From Alphaproteobacteria bacterium (GTDB lineage Bacteria; Pseudomonadota; Alphaproteobacteria; GCA-2731375): a stretch of DNA of 64,000 nucleotides. Each line of letters starts with the position of its first letter. Positions within the stretch are counted from its first letter, which is position 1. Location: NCBI GenBank assembly GCA_965232515.1, contig CBDDPY010000002.1, forward strand, positions 2,752,001 through 2,816,000, in the 5' to 3' direction. Under the pieces are notes generated by a model. The model was not told the origin of the DNA and did not search any database. It worked only from the letters and a program-made list of their open reading frames with translations. This document shows positions 1 through 12,225 of the stretch, in pieces. The translations under genes and the position numbers were made by a program.

Positions 1-242
1 TGTGTGCCGGCTTCGGGCAGCGAGTCGACCTGGGCCATCAATTGCCGCAACAGCTCCTTCGTACGGGCCGGCCCGAAGCTGTTCGACAGAAAGCCGATGC
101 TGGTGACGCAGAAAGCGACATGCATCAGATCGGGGCTGTAGCCGTCATCGGTGCCGCGGCGAACAATTTCTTCGAGCGCCTTCGCGGCAAATTCGTGCGT
201 CGCGAGCATCTGCTCTTCCGGTGTCTGGGTATCGTCGGTCAT
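1..242 (-). CDS. small hypothetical protein, 3' end runs off the window (MTDDTQTPEEQMLATHEFAAKALEEIVRRG...)
   Basis: Manually translated open frame from ATG at 242 to the window edge with GC3-rich codons. It is not in the ORF track because it has no stop in the window, and it lies downstream of the MFS gene on the same strand. Confidence 0.6.
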   Translation of the reverse strand, partial: MTDDTQTPEEQMLATHEFAAKALEEIVRRGTDDGYSPDLMHVAFCVTSIGFLSNSFGPARTKELLRQLMAQVDSLPEAGT

Positions 243-334
243 GTCGTCGCCCCGTCTCGCCGGTCGATACGTAACCGGCCCCGCATGGCTCGCACATTGC
301 GGGCCGCGCCACAAGCGCGGGCAGGGTTCGCGCG

Positions 335-1852
335 TCAGGAATCCCGCCGCGGCAGCCGGGCCAACCAGATGAACGGCAGGGCAATGACGCCGGTAATCGC
401 GAAGGCGTAGAAGGCGTTGACGTAGCCGATCATCGCCGCCTGCCGCTCGATCTCGCCGCTGAGCACGGCGAGCCCGGCCGCGCCGTCGGCCGACCACAGC
501 CCGCTGACCCAGGGCATCGAAAGCAATTCGTTGAACGGCGAGACATGCTCGGTCATGCCGGCGTAGGTCGTCTTTGTCGAACGGATCACCAGCGCCACCG
601 AAAGCGATATGAAGATGCTGCTGCCGATGTTGCGCAGCAGGTGGAAGACGGCCGTGCCTTCCGGCACGAACCGTGGATTGAGCGTCGCGAAGGCGATAAT
701 GGTGAGCGGCACCCAGGTCATGCCGACGCCGAAGCCCTGCAGCATGCTGGTCCAGGCCACGCCCCAGGTCGTGAGGTTGATGTCGAAGCCCGCCATGGCA
801 AACCCGGAGGCCGCCTGCGCACCGAAACCGATCGCCAAGGCCAGGCGCGGCGACATCCGGGTCAGCGGGATGACGACCAGGAAGCTCAACATGTTGCCGA
901 GGCCGCGGGTCGCCAGCAGCAGGCCGATCACCGAATCGGGGTAGCCCCGCAATTCCTGCAGCAAGGCCGGGAACAGCACCATCGGCGTGAAGTTCAGCAT
1001 CCCGAACAGCAGCACCAGGAACAGGCCGACCGCGAAGTTCCTGTCCGCCAGCAGCCGTGGGCTGAGGAACGGCTGCGCCGCGGTCAGGCTGTGCACCACG
1101 AACAGATAGAAGGCGGCCAGCGCGACGCCGGCGCCGATGACGATCTCGCCCGACTCGAACCAGTCGAGGCGCTCGCCTCGGTCGAGCATGATCTGAAAGG
1201 CGGCGATCGCCACCGACAGCGTCAGAAAACCGGTCCAGTCGAGGCGCACCGGATCGATCCGCCGGCGGTCGGTGATGAACAGCCAGACGCCCATCAACGC
1301 GATGACGCCGAACGGCACGATCATGAAGAAGACCCAGCGCCAGTTCTGCAGCTCCGCGACATAGCCGCCCAGCGTCGGGCCGATGATCGGTCCGACGACG
1401 ACGCCCATGCCCCAGACGGCGGTGGCAACGCTGTGCTGACGCTTCGGAAAGGTGTCGAGAATGATCGCCTGCGACAGCGGTACCAGCGGCGCGCCGAAGG
1501 CGCCCTGGGCGACGCGGTAGATCACGAGCTGCTCCAGCGAGTCCGCCAGGCCGCACAGGATCGAGGCCAGCGTGAAGCCCAGCACCGCGTAGAACATCAG
1601 GTTGAAGCGGCCGAACCGCCCGGCCGCCCAGCCGGTCAAGGGCGTCGCCACGGCGGTGGCGACGATGTTGAAGGTCACGACCCAGGCGATCTCTTCCTGC
1701 GTGACCGACAGCGCGCCCCGCATCTGCGGCAGCACCACATTGGCGATGGTGATGGTCATCGCATAGAGCAGCGTGCACAGCGACACTGTGGCCAGCACCA
1801 GGGCCCGGCCCAGCCCGGTCGTCGTTTCGGCTGTCGTTTCGGTTATGGACAT
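335..1852 (-). CDS. DHA2 (EmrB/QacA) family MFS efflux transporter
   Basis: 505 aa with many hydrophobic segments; 'GWAAGRFGR', 'RVAQG' and 'GPIIGPTLGG' MFS motifs and 'LDRGERLDWFES' typical of EmrB. Confidence 0.92.
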   Translation of the reverse strand: MSITETTAETTTGLGRALVLATVSLCTLLYAMTITIANVVLPQMRGALSVTQEEIAWVVTFNIVATAVATPLTGWAAGRFGRFNLMFYAVLGFTLASILCGLADSLEQLVIYRVAQGAFGAPLVPLSQAIILDTFPKRQHSVATAVWGMGVVVGPIIGPTLGGYVAELQNWRWVFFMIVPFGVIALMGVWLFITDRRRIDPVRLDWTGFLTLSVAIAAFQIMLDRGERLDWFESGEIVIGAGVALAAFYLFVVHSLTAAQPFLSPRLLADRNFAVGLFLVLLFGMLNFTPMVLFPALLQELRGYPDSVIGLLLATRGLGNMLSFLVVIPLTRMSPRLALAIGFGAQAASGFAMAGFDINLTTWGVAWTSMLQGFGVGMTWVPLTIIAFATLNPRFVPEGTAVFHLLRNIGSSIFISLSVALVIRSTKTTYAGMTEHVSPFNELLSMPWVSGLWSADGAAGLAVLSGEIERQAAMIGYVNAFYAFAITGVIALPFIWLARLPRRDS

Positions 1853-1965
1853 CGGTCAGGTTCTGGCCGGCGCACCGGTGATCGTGGCGCCGTCGACCAT
1901 GGTACACGGTCGGGACCGTGCCGCGGCCGGTGAAGTGCCGGATCTGCGCGACCCAGCCGCCTGCT

Positions 1966-2547
1966 TCAGCCGCCGAATCGAATCAGATGGCGCATCGCGG
2001 CCACGACGTATTTGTTGAACTCCATGGCGGTGACGCGCGACATCACGGCCCGGCGTTGTCCCGGTGGCACGTAGCGCGAGAGCGGCCACGGCAGGATGAC
2101 GATGTTCTCGAGCCGGGCCGACAGCTCGACCTCGGCACGGGGCAGATGTACGTCGTCGGTGACCAGCCAGATGCGGCGGCAACCCGTTCGCAGCGCCCAG
2201 GCCGCTGTTTCGATGCCGTTCTGCTCGGTGCTGCGGGCCTCGTCGCTGATTTCGACGCAGCAACCAAACACTTCCGGCAGCTCCAACCGCAGGCCGTCGA
2301 TGTAACCCGGGTCGGTGCCATGCTTGGCGCCGGAGACGAACATTCGGGCGGGGCCGCCGGCGGTCAGCAACAGGGCACCGGCCCGCACACGTTCGTTGCG
2401 GCCGGTGAAGACCGCGACGCAGTCGCCCTCGTCCGCCGGCAGCTGCACGGCTTCGGCCGGAACGCTGCCGAGAAACCAAAGATAGCCCACCGACCAGATG
2501 CCGGTGGCGGCCAAAAGCATCGCGAAGCCGACGATCACAATCCGCAT
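1966..2547 (-). CDS. YdcF/DUF218 family envelope protein
   Basis: N-terminal TM; 'VAVFTG..ERV', 'ARSTEQN' and 'LVTDDVHLPRA' DUF218 motifs. Start trimmed to ATG 2547. Confidence 0.75.
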   Translation of the reverse strand: MRIVIVGFAMLLAATGIWSVGYLWFLGSVPAEAVQLPADEGDCVAVFTGRNERVRAGALLLTAGGPARMFVSGAKHGTDPGYIDGLRLELPEVFGCCVEISDEARSTEQNGIETAAWALRTGCRRIWLVTDDVHLPRAEVELSARLENIVILPWPLSRYVPPGQRRAVMSRVTAMEFNKYVVAAMRHLIRFGG

Positions 2548-2626
2548 GGACGCCAAACTAGGTATCGTGCGGCACGAGCGCAATCGTCTACACTCGTCGG
2601 AAAGGAGGTCCGCTGGGGAAACTGCC

Positions 2627-3418
2627 ATGCTGCGCGTGGGCGTCATCGGCCATGGCGCGATCGGTCGCGATTTCGTGACCGCGATTGCCGAGGGAAAAGC
2701 CGGCAACTGCGTTTGCCCGGCCGTGCTGGTTCGGCGGCGTTCGACCGACGCGCCGTTCGCGCTGACCGTGCATGTGGACGAGTTCCTCAGTCACGGCCTT
2801 GACCTTGTCGTCGAATGCGCGGGCCACAACGCGGTCGTCGAGCATGGCGAGACGGTGCTGATGGCGGGCGCCGATCTGATGGTGACGTCGATCGGCGCGC
2901 TGGTGGACGATGACTTGCGCGAACGCCTGTTGAAGACGGCCGCCGATGGGGGACGCCGGCTCATCTTACCGGCCGCCGGCATCGGCGCGCTCGACATGCT
3001 GTCGGCCGCGGCCGTCGGCGATCTCGACCATGTCGCCATCACCGTGCGCAAGGACCCCTCGGCCTGGTTCGGCACGCCGGCGGAACGGCAATGCGACCTG
3101 GCGTCGCTGAGCGAGCCGTTGACGATCTACGAGGGACCGGTACGGGAGGGCGCCCGGCTCTACCCGGCGAACGTCAATATTTCGGCGGCGGCGGCGCTGG
3201 CGAGCGTCGGCCTCGACCGGGCGCAGCTGCGGATCGTCGCCGACCCCGGCATCGAGACGCATGTGGTCGAGATCGAGGCTTCCGGCGAGTTCGGCAGTCT
3301 GCATTTCGTCGAGGACGTCGCCGTCTCGGCGGCCAACCGGAAGACCGGCAAGATCGTAAGCATGGCGCTGGTCAAGGCCTTGCGGCAGATGACCTCGACG
3401 CTGGTCGTCGGCGTCTAG
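2627..3418 (+). CDS. nadX: L-aspartate dehydrogenase-like protein (NadX/DUF108 family)
   Basis: Rossmann 'VGVIGHGAIG', 'VVECAGH', 'SIGAL', 'RKDP' and 'YPANVNISAA'. Confidence 0.8.
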   Translation: MLRVGVIGHGAIGRDFVTAIAEGKAGNCVCPAVLVRRRSTDAPFALTVHVDEFLSHGLDLVVECAGHNAVVEHGETVLMAGADLMVTSIGALVDDDLRERLLKTAADGGRRLILPAAGIGALDMLSAAAVGDLDHVAITVRKDPSAWFGTPAERQCDLASLSEPLTIYEGPVREGARLYPANVNISAAAALASVGLDRAQLRIVADPGIETHVVEIEASGEFGSLHFVEDVAVSAANRKTGKIVSMALVKALRQMTSTLVVGV

Positions 3419-3469
3419 ACCGCAGTTTCCGACCGGCAACAGTTTCCACACATCATCGGGAGGCATCGT

Positions 3470-4465
3470 ATGGCGCGGCTTGGCATTGGGTTTTCCGGCG
3501 GTCTCAAGGCATCGGAGATCGTCGATTGCGTGCGGCTGGCCGAGTCGCTGGGCTATGAGTCGGCCTGGGTGGCGGAAGGTCATGGCGGCGATCAGTTCGC
3601 GGTGCTCGCCGGCTGCGCCATGCAGACATCGACCATCGGACTCGGCACGGCCATCACCAGCCTGTTCGTGCGCTCGATCCCGACCATCGCCATGGCGGCG
3701 GCGACGGTCGATGAATTGTCGGACGGCCGCTTCACACTGGGCATCGGATCGAGCCACAAGGTGCAGGTCGAGCCCGAACATGGCGTCGAATACGGCAAGC
3801 CGCTCGCCCGCGTGCGCGACGCCGTCGCGATCGTCCGCACGCTGCTGCGCGAAGGACAGGTCCAATACGACGGCGAAACGGTGCAGATCGAGAACTTCGA
3901 TCTCTGGTTCATGCCGCGGCGCAGCGAGATCCCGATCTATGTCGCGGCGCTGTTTCCGAAGATGCTCGGTGTCTGTGGCGAGCTCGCGGACGGCGTCATC
4001 CTGACCCGCAGCACGTTACGGACCGGCGCCGAGGCGATGGCGCATCTCGCCGACGGCGCCCGACAGGCCGGCCGCGACGCCAACGCGATCGACGTGACGT
4101 CGCTGCTGCCGACGGCGGTCGCCGAAACGCGGGCCGAAGCCCTCGACGTGATGCGGCCCGGCCTCGCCTTCTATGCCGGATTCTTTCCGCGCTACAACCG
4201 GCTGATCGCCTCGCACGGGTTCGAGGACGAGGCCGCGGCCATTGCCGAGGCCTGGGCGGACGACGATCGGGCGGCGGCGATCGCCGCCGTCAGCGACGAG
4301 ATGATCGACGCCACCAGCATCGCCGGCACGGCGGAACACTGTCGCGAGCGGATCGAGGCCTATCGCCAGTCCGGTATCGATCTGCCGATCATCAGCCCGT
4401 TCTGGCAGGGCAACCACCCGAAAGCCGATTTCGAAGCCGTCATTCGTGCCTGCGCGCCGGGCTGA
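3470..4465 (+). CDS. LLM class (luciferase-like) flavin-dependent oxidoreductase
   Basis: 'AESLGYESAWVAE', 'DELSDGRFTLGIG' and 'GELADGV'; GGAGG RBS upstream. Confidence 0.88.
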   Translation: MARLGIGFSGGLKASEIVDCVRLAESLGYESAWVAEGHGGDQFAVLAGCAMQTSTIGLGTAITSLFVRSIPTIAMAAATVDELSDGRFTLGIGSSHKVQVEPEHGVEYGKPLARVRDAVAIVRTLLREGQVQYDGETVQIENFDLWFMPRRSEIPIYVAALFPKMLGVCGELADGVILTRSTLRTGAEAMAHLADGARQAGRDANAIDVTSLLPTAVAETRAEALDVMRPGLAFYAGFFPRYNRLIASHGFEDEAAAIAEAWADDDRAAAIAAVSDEMIDATSIAGTAEHCRERIEAYRQSGIDLPIISPFWQGNHPKADFEAVIRACAPG

Positions 4466-4474
4466 CGGACGGGA

Positions 4475-6103
4475 TCAATCATCGTCGGTCGGCGCGCCCC
4501 AGCCCCCGCCGGCGGCGGTTTCCAGCCACAGTTCGTCGCCTTTGTTGAGGATGGCCGCCGGCGTTTTCGACGACAGCACTTCCTCGCGGCCGTCGGCGCG
4601 GCGGACGGCATAGCGGGATGGCCGGCCCGAGCCGCCGCCGGCGATGCCGGGCGCCGGCCGGAAACTGCGTTCGCTGAGCAGCGAAAACTCGATGCCGTCG
4701 ATCAGCGCCCGCATCACGCGGCGCGAGCCCATGCCGCCGGCGTGCCGGCCGGCGCCGCCGGAATGGTCTATGAGCGCGTATTCGCGGATCTCGACCGGGA
4801 GCGCGTTCTCCAGCGCCTCGACCGGCAGGTTCATGGTGTTGCCCATGTGCACGCGGAAGCCGCCGAGGCCCGGCCCCGCGGCCGACGCGCCCATGCCGCC
4901 GCCGATGGTCTCGTAGTTGACGAAGGGCCGGCCGCGCAAGCTGTCGAACCCACCGATGGTCAACACGTTCGCCGAGCCGCAGGTGCCGGCGACGGCACAT
5001 TCGGGCACGGCGGCGGCCAGGGCCTGGAACAGCAGATCGACGAGGCGGGTCGAGGTCTCGGTATTGGCGGAGACCACGGGCGACGGATAGGTCGCGTTTA
5101 CCAGCGTGCCGGGCGGCGCGATCAGGCGCAGTGGCCGGTAGGCGCCCGAGTTCGGCGGCACCTCGCCGCCGGCGAGCGTCAGCAGCGTGTAGTAGCAGGC
5201 CGACGCCGTCACCGCGAGCGGGGCGTTGGCCGGCCCGCGCACCGCGGGCGCCGTGCCGGTGAAGTCGCACGTCATGGCGGCGTCGCGCTTTTCAACCGCG
5301 ACCCGCACCAGGAATTCGTCGCCCGAACGGCAATCGCTGTAGCCGTCGCCGTCGATGTGGTCCTCGGCCCGATAGACGCCGTCGGGGATCTCGCGCAGGG
5401 CCGCTTCGACCTGAAGCTGACTGTAGGCTTGAGATTCGCGGAAGGCCTGGATCACGACATCGGCGCCATAGCGGGCCGCGAGCCCGCCGACCCGCTCGGC
5501 GCCGCGCAGATTGCAGGCGTATTGCGCCTTGAAGTCGCCCATGCGATCGTCCGGCACCCGCACGTTGGCGAGCAGCAGATCCAGCACGCCGTCGTCGAAC
5601 CGGCCGCCGTGCACGACCTTGACCGGCGGCACGCGGATGCCCTCTTTCAGGGCGTGATCGGTAACGGACGAGCTGCCGGCGGCGATCCCGCCGATATCGG
5701 GCCAATGCACCCGGCTGGCGGAGAAGCCGAGCAAGGTATCGCCGTCGAAGATCGCCGACATCAGGGTCATGTCGGGCAGATGGTTGCCGCCGAGATAGGG
5801 ATCGTTGGTGAGCACGGCGTCGCCCGGCCGCCAGCGCTCGGCCGGGAACACCGACAGCACACCGCGGCCGGTGAACGGCATGCTGCCGAGATGCACGGGA
5901 ATGTCGTTGCCCTGGGCCACGACCTCGCCGTCCCGGTCCAGGAGCGCGCAGGACAGGTCGGACGACAGGCTGAGCAGCGGCGAGAAGGCGGCGCGGGTCA
6001 TCACGCTCTTCATCTCCTCGCAGATTGCATAGAGGCCGCCGCGGATGACCTCGAAGGTCACGGGATCGCTGTGACGCAGCATGTTGTCGCCAGACCGGTT
6101 CAT
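4475..6103 (-). CDS. hydantoinase B / 5-oxoprolinase family protein
   Basis: 'DPVTFEVI', 'PVHLGSM', 'NDPYLGGNHLPD', 'GGAGRHAGG' and 'GGGWG'. Start at ATG 6103 or 6082. Confidence 0.9.
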   Translation of the reverse strand: MNRSGDNMLRHSDPVTFEVIRGGLYAICEEMKSVMTRAAFSPLLSLSSDLSCALLDRDGEVVAQGNDIPVHLGSMPFTGRGVLSVFPAERWRPGDAVLTNDPYLGGNHLPDMTLMSAIFDGDTLLGFSASRVHWPDIGGIAAGSSSVTDHALKEGIRVPPVKVVHGGRFDDGVLDLLLANVRVPDDRMGDFKAQYACNLRGAERVGGLAARYGADVVIQAFRESQAYSQLQVEAALREIPDGVYRAEDHIDGDGYSDCRSGDEFLVRVAVEKRDAAMTCDFTGTAPAVRGPANAPLAVTASACYYTLLTLAGGEVPPNSGAYRPLRLIAPPGTLVNATYPSPVVSANTETSTRLVDLLFQALAAAVPECAVAGTCGSANVLTIGGFDSLRGRPFVNYETIGGGMGASAAGPGLGGFRVHMGNTMNLPVEALENALPVEIREYALIDHSGGAGRHAGGMGSRRVMRALIDGIEFSLLSERSFRPAPGIAGGGSGRPSRYAVRRADGREEVLSSKTPAAILNKGDELWLETAAGGGWGAPTDDD

Positions 6104-6107
6104 CGGC

Positions 6108-8165
6108 TCAACCCTCCGCATCAACGATTTGCAGGACGCCAGACGGCAGCGCCTTAACCCGCTGGCCGGCCAGCACGCGGACCGTGGTGCTGTCATCGTG
6201 CACGAGCATCGGGCCATCGACGGGTTCGTCGGGTGGAATTGTGCCGCGTGGCCAGACCGGCAGCTCGGTCGCCCTACCAGCGGCATCGACCACCCGGCGT
6301 GTCGTGGTAGTCGCATCGGTCGGCGCGGCGGCGGCCGGCAGGCCGTGCGGCCAGAGCGGCAGGCTCGCCGACAGACGGGCGTTGACGACCTCGACGCCGA
6401 CCGCCGGCAGGTCGTAGCCGTAGGTGTGCCGGTAGAGGTCCCGGAACGCGCGCTCGATCGCCGCCATGTCGTCCGCGTCATCGGTCAGGGGCAGGTTGAG
6501 CTCGAAGAGCTGGCCCTTGAAACGCAGGTCGAGCGAACGCGTGAGGCGCGGCGTGGCGCCGGCGGTCAATTCGGCCTCGGCCGCGACGGCGTCATCCGCC
6601 CTTATCCGCAACGCGGCGAAGGCATCCGGGATCGCCTTCGGATCGATATCGGCAAGGTCGCGCATTACGGTCTGCACCAGGTCGTGCCGGATGCCGCCCA
6701 GCAGCGTGCCGGTGGCGCTGAACAGACCGGGATAAGGCGGCACCAACACGGTCGCGACGCCGACCTCGCGGGCGATCTCGGCGGCATGCAGCGGCCCGGC
6801 GCCGCCATAGGCCAGCAGCGCGAAGTCGCGCGGGTCGAGGCCGCGGCGCAATGTCGCCAGGCGCACCATCTCGGCCATGTTGGCGGTGGCGAGCCGCAGG
6901 ATCGCGTGCGCCGCCCGCTCGACCCGCCAGCCCAGCGGTGCGGCGATGTCGCGCTCGATGGCCTCGCGGGCTAGATCGACGTCGAGCGTCAGACCGTCGC
7001 CGCCGAAGGATTCAGCGGCCAGCGTGCCGGCGACGAGATGCGCATCGGTGACGGTCGGCCGTTCGCCGCCACGGCCGTAGCAGGCCGGACCGGGATCGGC
7101 GCCGGCGCTTTCCGGCCCGACCTTGATCACGCCGGCCTGGTCGAGCCGGGCGATGCTGCCGCCGCCGGCGCCGATCTCGATCATGTCGATCACCGGGCTC
7201 TTGATCGGATAGCCGCCGTGGTCGCGGCCCTCGACGAAGCGGTCGGCCGCGAACTCGGTCGTCAGGCGCGGCGCGCCGTCCTGGATGACGCCGACCTTGG
7301 CCGTCGTACCGCCCATGTCGAAGGCGATCAGGTTGCCGATGCCCTCGTCGCCAGCGAGCGCGACGGCCGCCATGATGCCGGCGGCCGGCCCCGACTCGAT
7401 CAGGTGCACGGGATAGCGCATGGCGTTCGCCGCCGAGGTGACGCCGCCGTTCGACTTGACGATGGCGAGCGGTCCGGTCTCGCGCGCTGTCAGACGGTTT
7501 TGCAGGTCGGCGACATAGCCGCCGACGACAGGGCCGAGATAGGCGTTCACGACCGTGGTGCTGACGCGCTCGAACTCGCGGAACTCGCGGCAGACCTCGC
7601 TGCCGAGCGTCACGTAGATGCCGGGCAGCCGGTCGGCGATGGCCGCGGCGACCGCCCGTTCGTGCGCGTCGTTGGCGTAGGCGTGCAGCAGGTCGACGGC
7701 GACCGCCTCGACATCCGCCGCGGCCAGGGCCTCGACCACGCCATGCAGGCTCTCTTTATCCAGCGGCGTGAGCACGGCGCCGTCGTAGGCCATGCGCTCG
7801 TCTACCTCGAAGCGGCGCTCGCGTGGCGCCAGCGGCGGCGAAACGACGAGCCGCAGGTCATAGAGCCGCGGCCGCGCCTGACGGCGCAGCTCCAGCACGT
7901 CGCGAAAGCCGGTCGTGGTGACGAGCGCCATTCGCGCGCCGCGCTTCTGGATCAGCGCGTTGGTGCCGACGGTCGTGCCGTGAAAGACCCGCGCCGGCGG
8001 CGCGCCGCTCAGACGGTCGAGGCCCGTAAGGATGGCCACGGCCGGGTTGTTGGGTGTTGACGGCAGCTTGAACGCCTCGCGCACCTGGCCGTTCGCCGGG
8101 TCCACGACGTAGATGTCGGTGAAGGTGCCGCCGACGTCGACACCGATGTAGGGCGCGCTGACCAT
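6108..8165 (-). CDS. hydantoinase A / 5-oxoprolinase family protein
   Basis: 'GVDVGGTFTD', 'HGTTVGTNAL', 'DMGGTT' and 'GPESAGADPGPACYGRGG'. Confidence 0.92.
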   Translation of the reverse strand: MVSAPYIGVDVGGTFTDIYVVDPANGQVREAFKLPSTPNNPAVAILTGLDRLSGAPPARVFHGTTVGTNALIQKRGARMALVTTTGFRDVLELRRQARPRLYDLRLVVSPPLAPRERRFEVDERMAYDGAVLTPLDKESLHGVVEALAAADVEAVAVDLLHAYANDAHERAVAAAIADRLPGIYVTLGSEVCREFREFERVSTTVVNAYLGPVVGGYVADLQNRLTARETGPLAIVKSNGGVTSAANAMRYPVHLIESGPAAGIMAAVALAGDEGIGNLIAFDMGGTTAKVGVIQDGAPRLTTEFAADRFVEGRDHGGYPIKSPVIDMIEIGAGGGSIARLDQAGVIKVGPESAGADPGPACYGRGGERPTVTDAHLVAGTLAAESFGGDGLTLDVDLAREAIERDIAAPLGWRVERAAHAILRLATANMAEMVRLATLRRGLDPRDFALLAYGGAGPLHAAEIAREVGVATVLVPPYPGLFSATGTLLGGIRHDLVQTVMRDLADIDPKAIPDAFAALRIRADDAVAAEAELTAGATPRLTRSLDLRFKGQLFELNLPLTDDADDMAAIERAFRDLYRHTYGYDLPAVGVEVVNARLSASLPLWPHGLPAAAAPTDATTTTRRVVDAAGRATELPVWPRGTIPPDEPVDGPMLVHDDSTTVRVLAGQRVKALPSGVLQIVDAEG

Positions 8166-8272
8166 CGAACCTGTCCTTTTACGCGGACCCGTAGCGCGGG
8201 TACCGGCGATGCCGGTAAAGTGTATGATGATCCAACCGATCCTCGCCAAAGCAAATCATCGAAAGCGATGCC

Positions 8273-9658
8273 ATGACCGCCTTGCCAGACGCGCTATCCA
8301 CGAATTCGCAAATCGTCGCCGACTACTGCGCCAAGACGCCCGCCTCCGCGAAGCTCGCCGCAGAGGCGCACGAGCTGTTTCCGAGCGGCGTCACGCATGA
8401 CGGCCGCTATCTGGAGCCCTACGGCATCTACGTGACGCGGGGCGAAGGCGCCTACAAGTGGGACGTCGACGGCAATCGCTACATCGATTTCTTCGGCGGC
8501 CACGGCGCATTGCTGCTGGGGCACAACCGGCCGGAGGTGGTCGCCGCGGTGCAGGCGGCGCTGCAGGACGGCACGCATTTCGGCGCCAACCAGGAACGCG
8601 AAGTGCGCTGGGCGCAGCTGGTCAAGCAGCTGATCCCGAGCGCCGAGCGGGTCCGCTTCACTTCATCCGGCACCGAGGCAACCCACATGGCGCTGCGGCT
8701 CGCGCGCGCCTTCACCGGCCGGCGTCAGGTGATCCGTCTGAAGACCCACTTCCACGGCTGGCACGACCATATGACGTCCGGCTACAACAGCCACTTCAGC
8801 GGCGAGCCGACGGTCGGCGTGCTGCCCGGCGTCGCCGAAGGCGTGGTGTTGTTGCCGCCGAACGATCTCGACGCGGTGGCCGCGGCGCTGGAAGCGAACA
8901 GCGACATCGCGGCGATGATCCTGGAGCCGACCGGCGGCAGCTTCGGCATGGTGCCGGTCAGCGGCGAATACCTGCAGGGCCTGCGCGAGCTGACGCAGAC
9001 GCATGGCGTGCTGCTGATCTTCGACGAGGTGGTGACGGGCTTCCGGGTGTCGCGCGGCGGGGCGCAGGCGCACTACGGCGTGACACCCGATATGACCACG
9101 CTGGCAAAGATCCTGGCCGGCGGGCTGCCGGGCGGGGCCGTCGTCGGCCGCAAGGACATTCTGGATACGCTCGACTTCGCGGCCACCCGGGAACAGGGAC
9201 GCGAGAAGATCGCCCACCCCGGCACCTTCAACGCCAACCCGGTCTCGGCCGCGGCCGGCATCGCCGCGCTGCAGATCATCGCCGATACCGATGCCTGCGA
9301 GCGGGCGAACGCGCTCGCCGCGTCGCTGCGGCGCAAGCTGAACGCGGTGCTGGAGGAAGAGAAGGTCGGCTGGGCCGTCTACGGCACCTTCTCCGGCTTC
9401 CACATCTTCACCAATCCGAAGGGCGGCGCGGTCTCGCCGGCGACCTTCGATCCTTCCGATTATTCATTCGACGAGCTGAAAACGAACCCGCCCGGACTCG
9501 TGAATAAATTCCGGATCGCGATGTTGCTCAATGGCGCCGATTTCAGCGCCTGGCCGGGCGGTCTGCTGTCCGCCGCCCATACCGAGGAGGACCTGGACGA
9601 GGCGGCGGAGGGCTTTCGCCAAGTGTTGCGAATGCTTCGCAAGGAAGATGAAATCTGA
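8273..9658 (+). CDS. class III aminotransferase (glutamate-1-semialdehyde aminomutase-like)
   Basis: 'WDVDGNRYID', 'SGTEAT', 'FDEVVTGFR', PLP lysine in 'TLAKILAGG' and 'GTFNANP'. Confidence 0.88.
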   Translation: MTALPDALSTNSQIVADYCAKTPASAKLAAEAHELFPSGVTHDGRYLEPYGIYVTRGEGAYKWDVDGNRYIDFFGGHGALLLGHNRPEVVAAVQAALQDGTHFGANQEREVRWAQLVKQLIPSAERVRFTSSGTEATHMALRLARAFTGRRQVIRLKTHFHGWHDHMTSGYNSHFSGEPTVGVLPGVAEGVVLLPPNDLDAVAAALEANSDIAAMILEPTGGSFGMVPVSGEYLQGLRELTQTHGVLLIFDEVVTGFRVSRGGAQAHYGVTPDMTTLAKILAGGLPGGAVVGRKDILDTLDFAATREQGREKIAHPGTFNANPVSAAAGIAALQIIADTDACERANALAASLRRKLNAVLEEEKVGWAVYGTFSGFHIFTNPKGGAVSPATFDPSDYSFDELKTNPPGLVNKFRIAMLLNGADFSAWPGGLLSAAHTEEDLDEAAEGFRQVLRMLRKEDEI

Positions 9659-9766
9659 CGTCGGACCAAATTCTCGCAAGACGCCAAAGATCAACGCGAA
9701 CACGCCAAGGGCAATCTAGGGATTTTTCCCTTTTTTGACTTCGCTTCGACATGGGAAACCACCGGC

Positions 9767-9782
9767 GTTATCTGTTAATTAA
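9767..9782. promoter_or_regulatory. putative CtrA box (TTAA-N7-ATAAC on the minus strand, one mismatch)
   Basis: gttatctgttaattaa in an AT-rich intergenic stretch upstream of the PAS kinase; consensus TTAA-N7-TTAAC. Confidence 0.35.
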
Positions 9783-9927
9783 TCGGCGTCAGAGACAGTC
9801 AAACCGGGGGCATTCTCGGTTTTAACCTGAGATCTCCGGCCGACTGTCCGGTCCCCGGCGATCGATCGGGAACGGTGGGCATTTGGTGAAGCTCGGCAAG
9901 CTGGAGGCACTGGGTCAAGGTCCGTCG

Positions 9928-12177
<2,250 letters not shown>

Positions 12178-12184
12178 TAACGGT

Positions 12185-12208
12185 CGCGGCGGGCGATCGC
12201 CCGCCGCG
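12185..12208. terminator. perfect 24-bp GC palindrome after the kinase (possible terminator/stabilising hairpin)
   Basis: CGCGGCGGGCGA|TCGCCCGCCGCG; no U-tract. Confidence 0.4.
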
Positions 12209-12225
12209 GACGCGCGAGGCATCAA

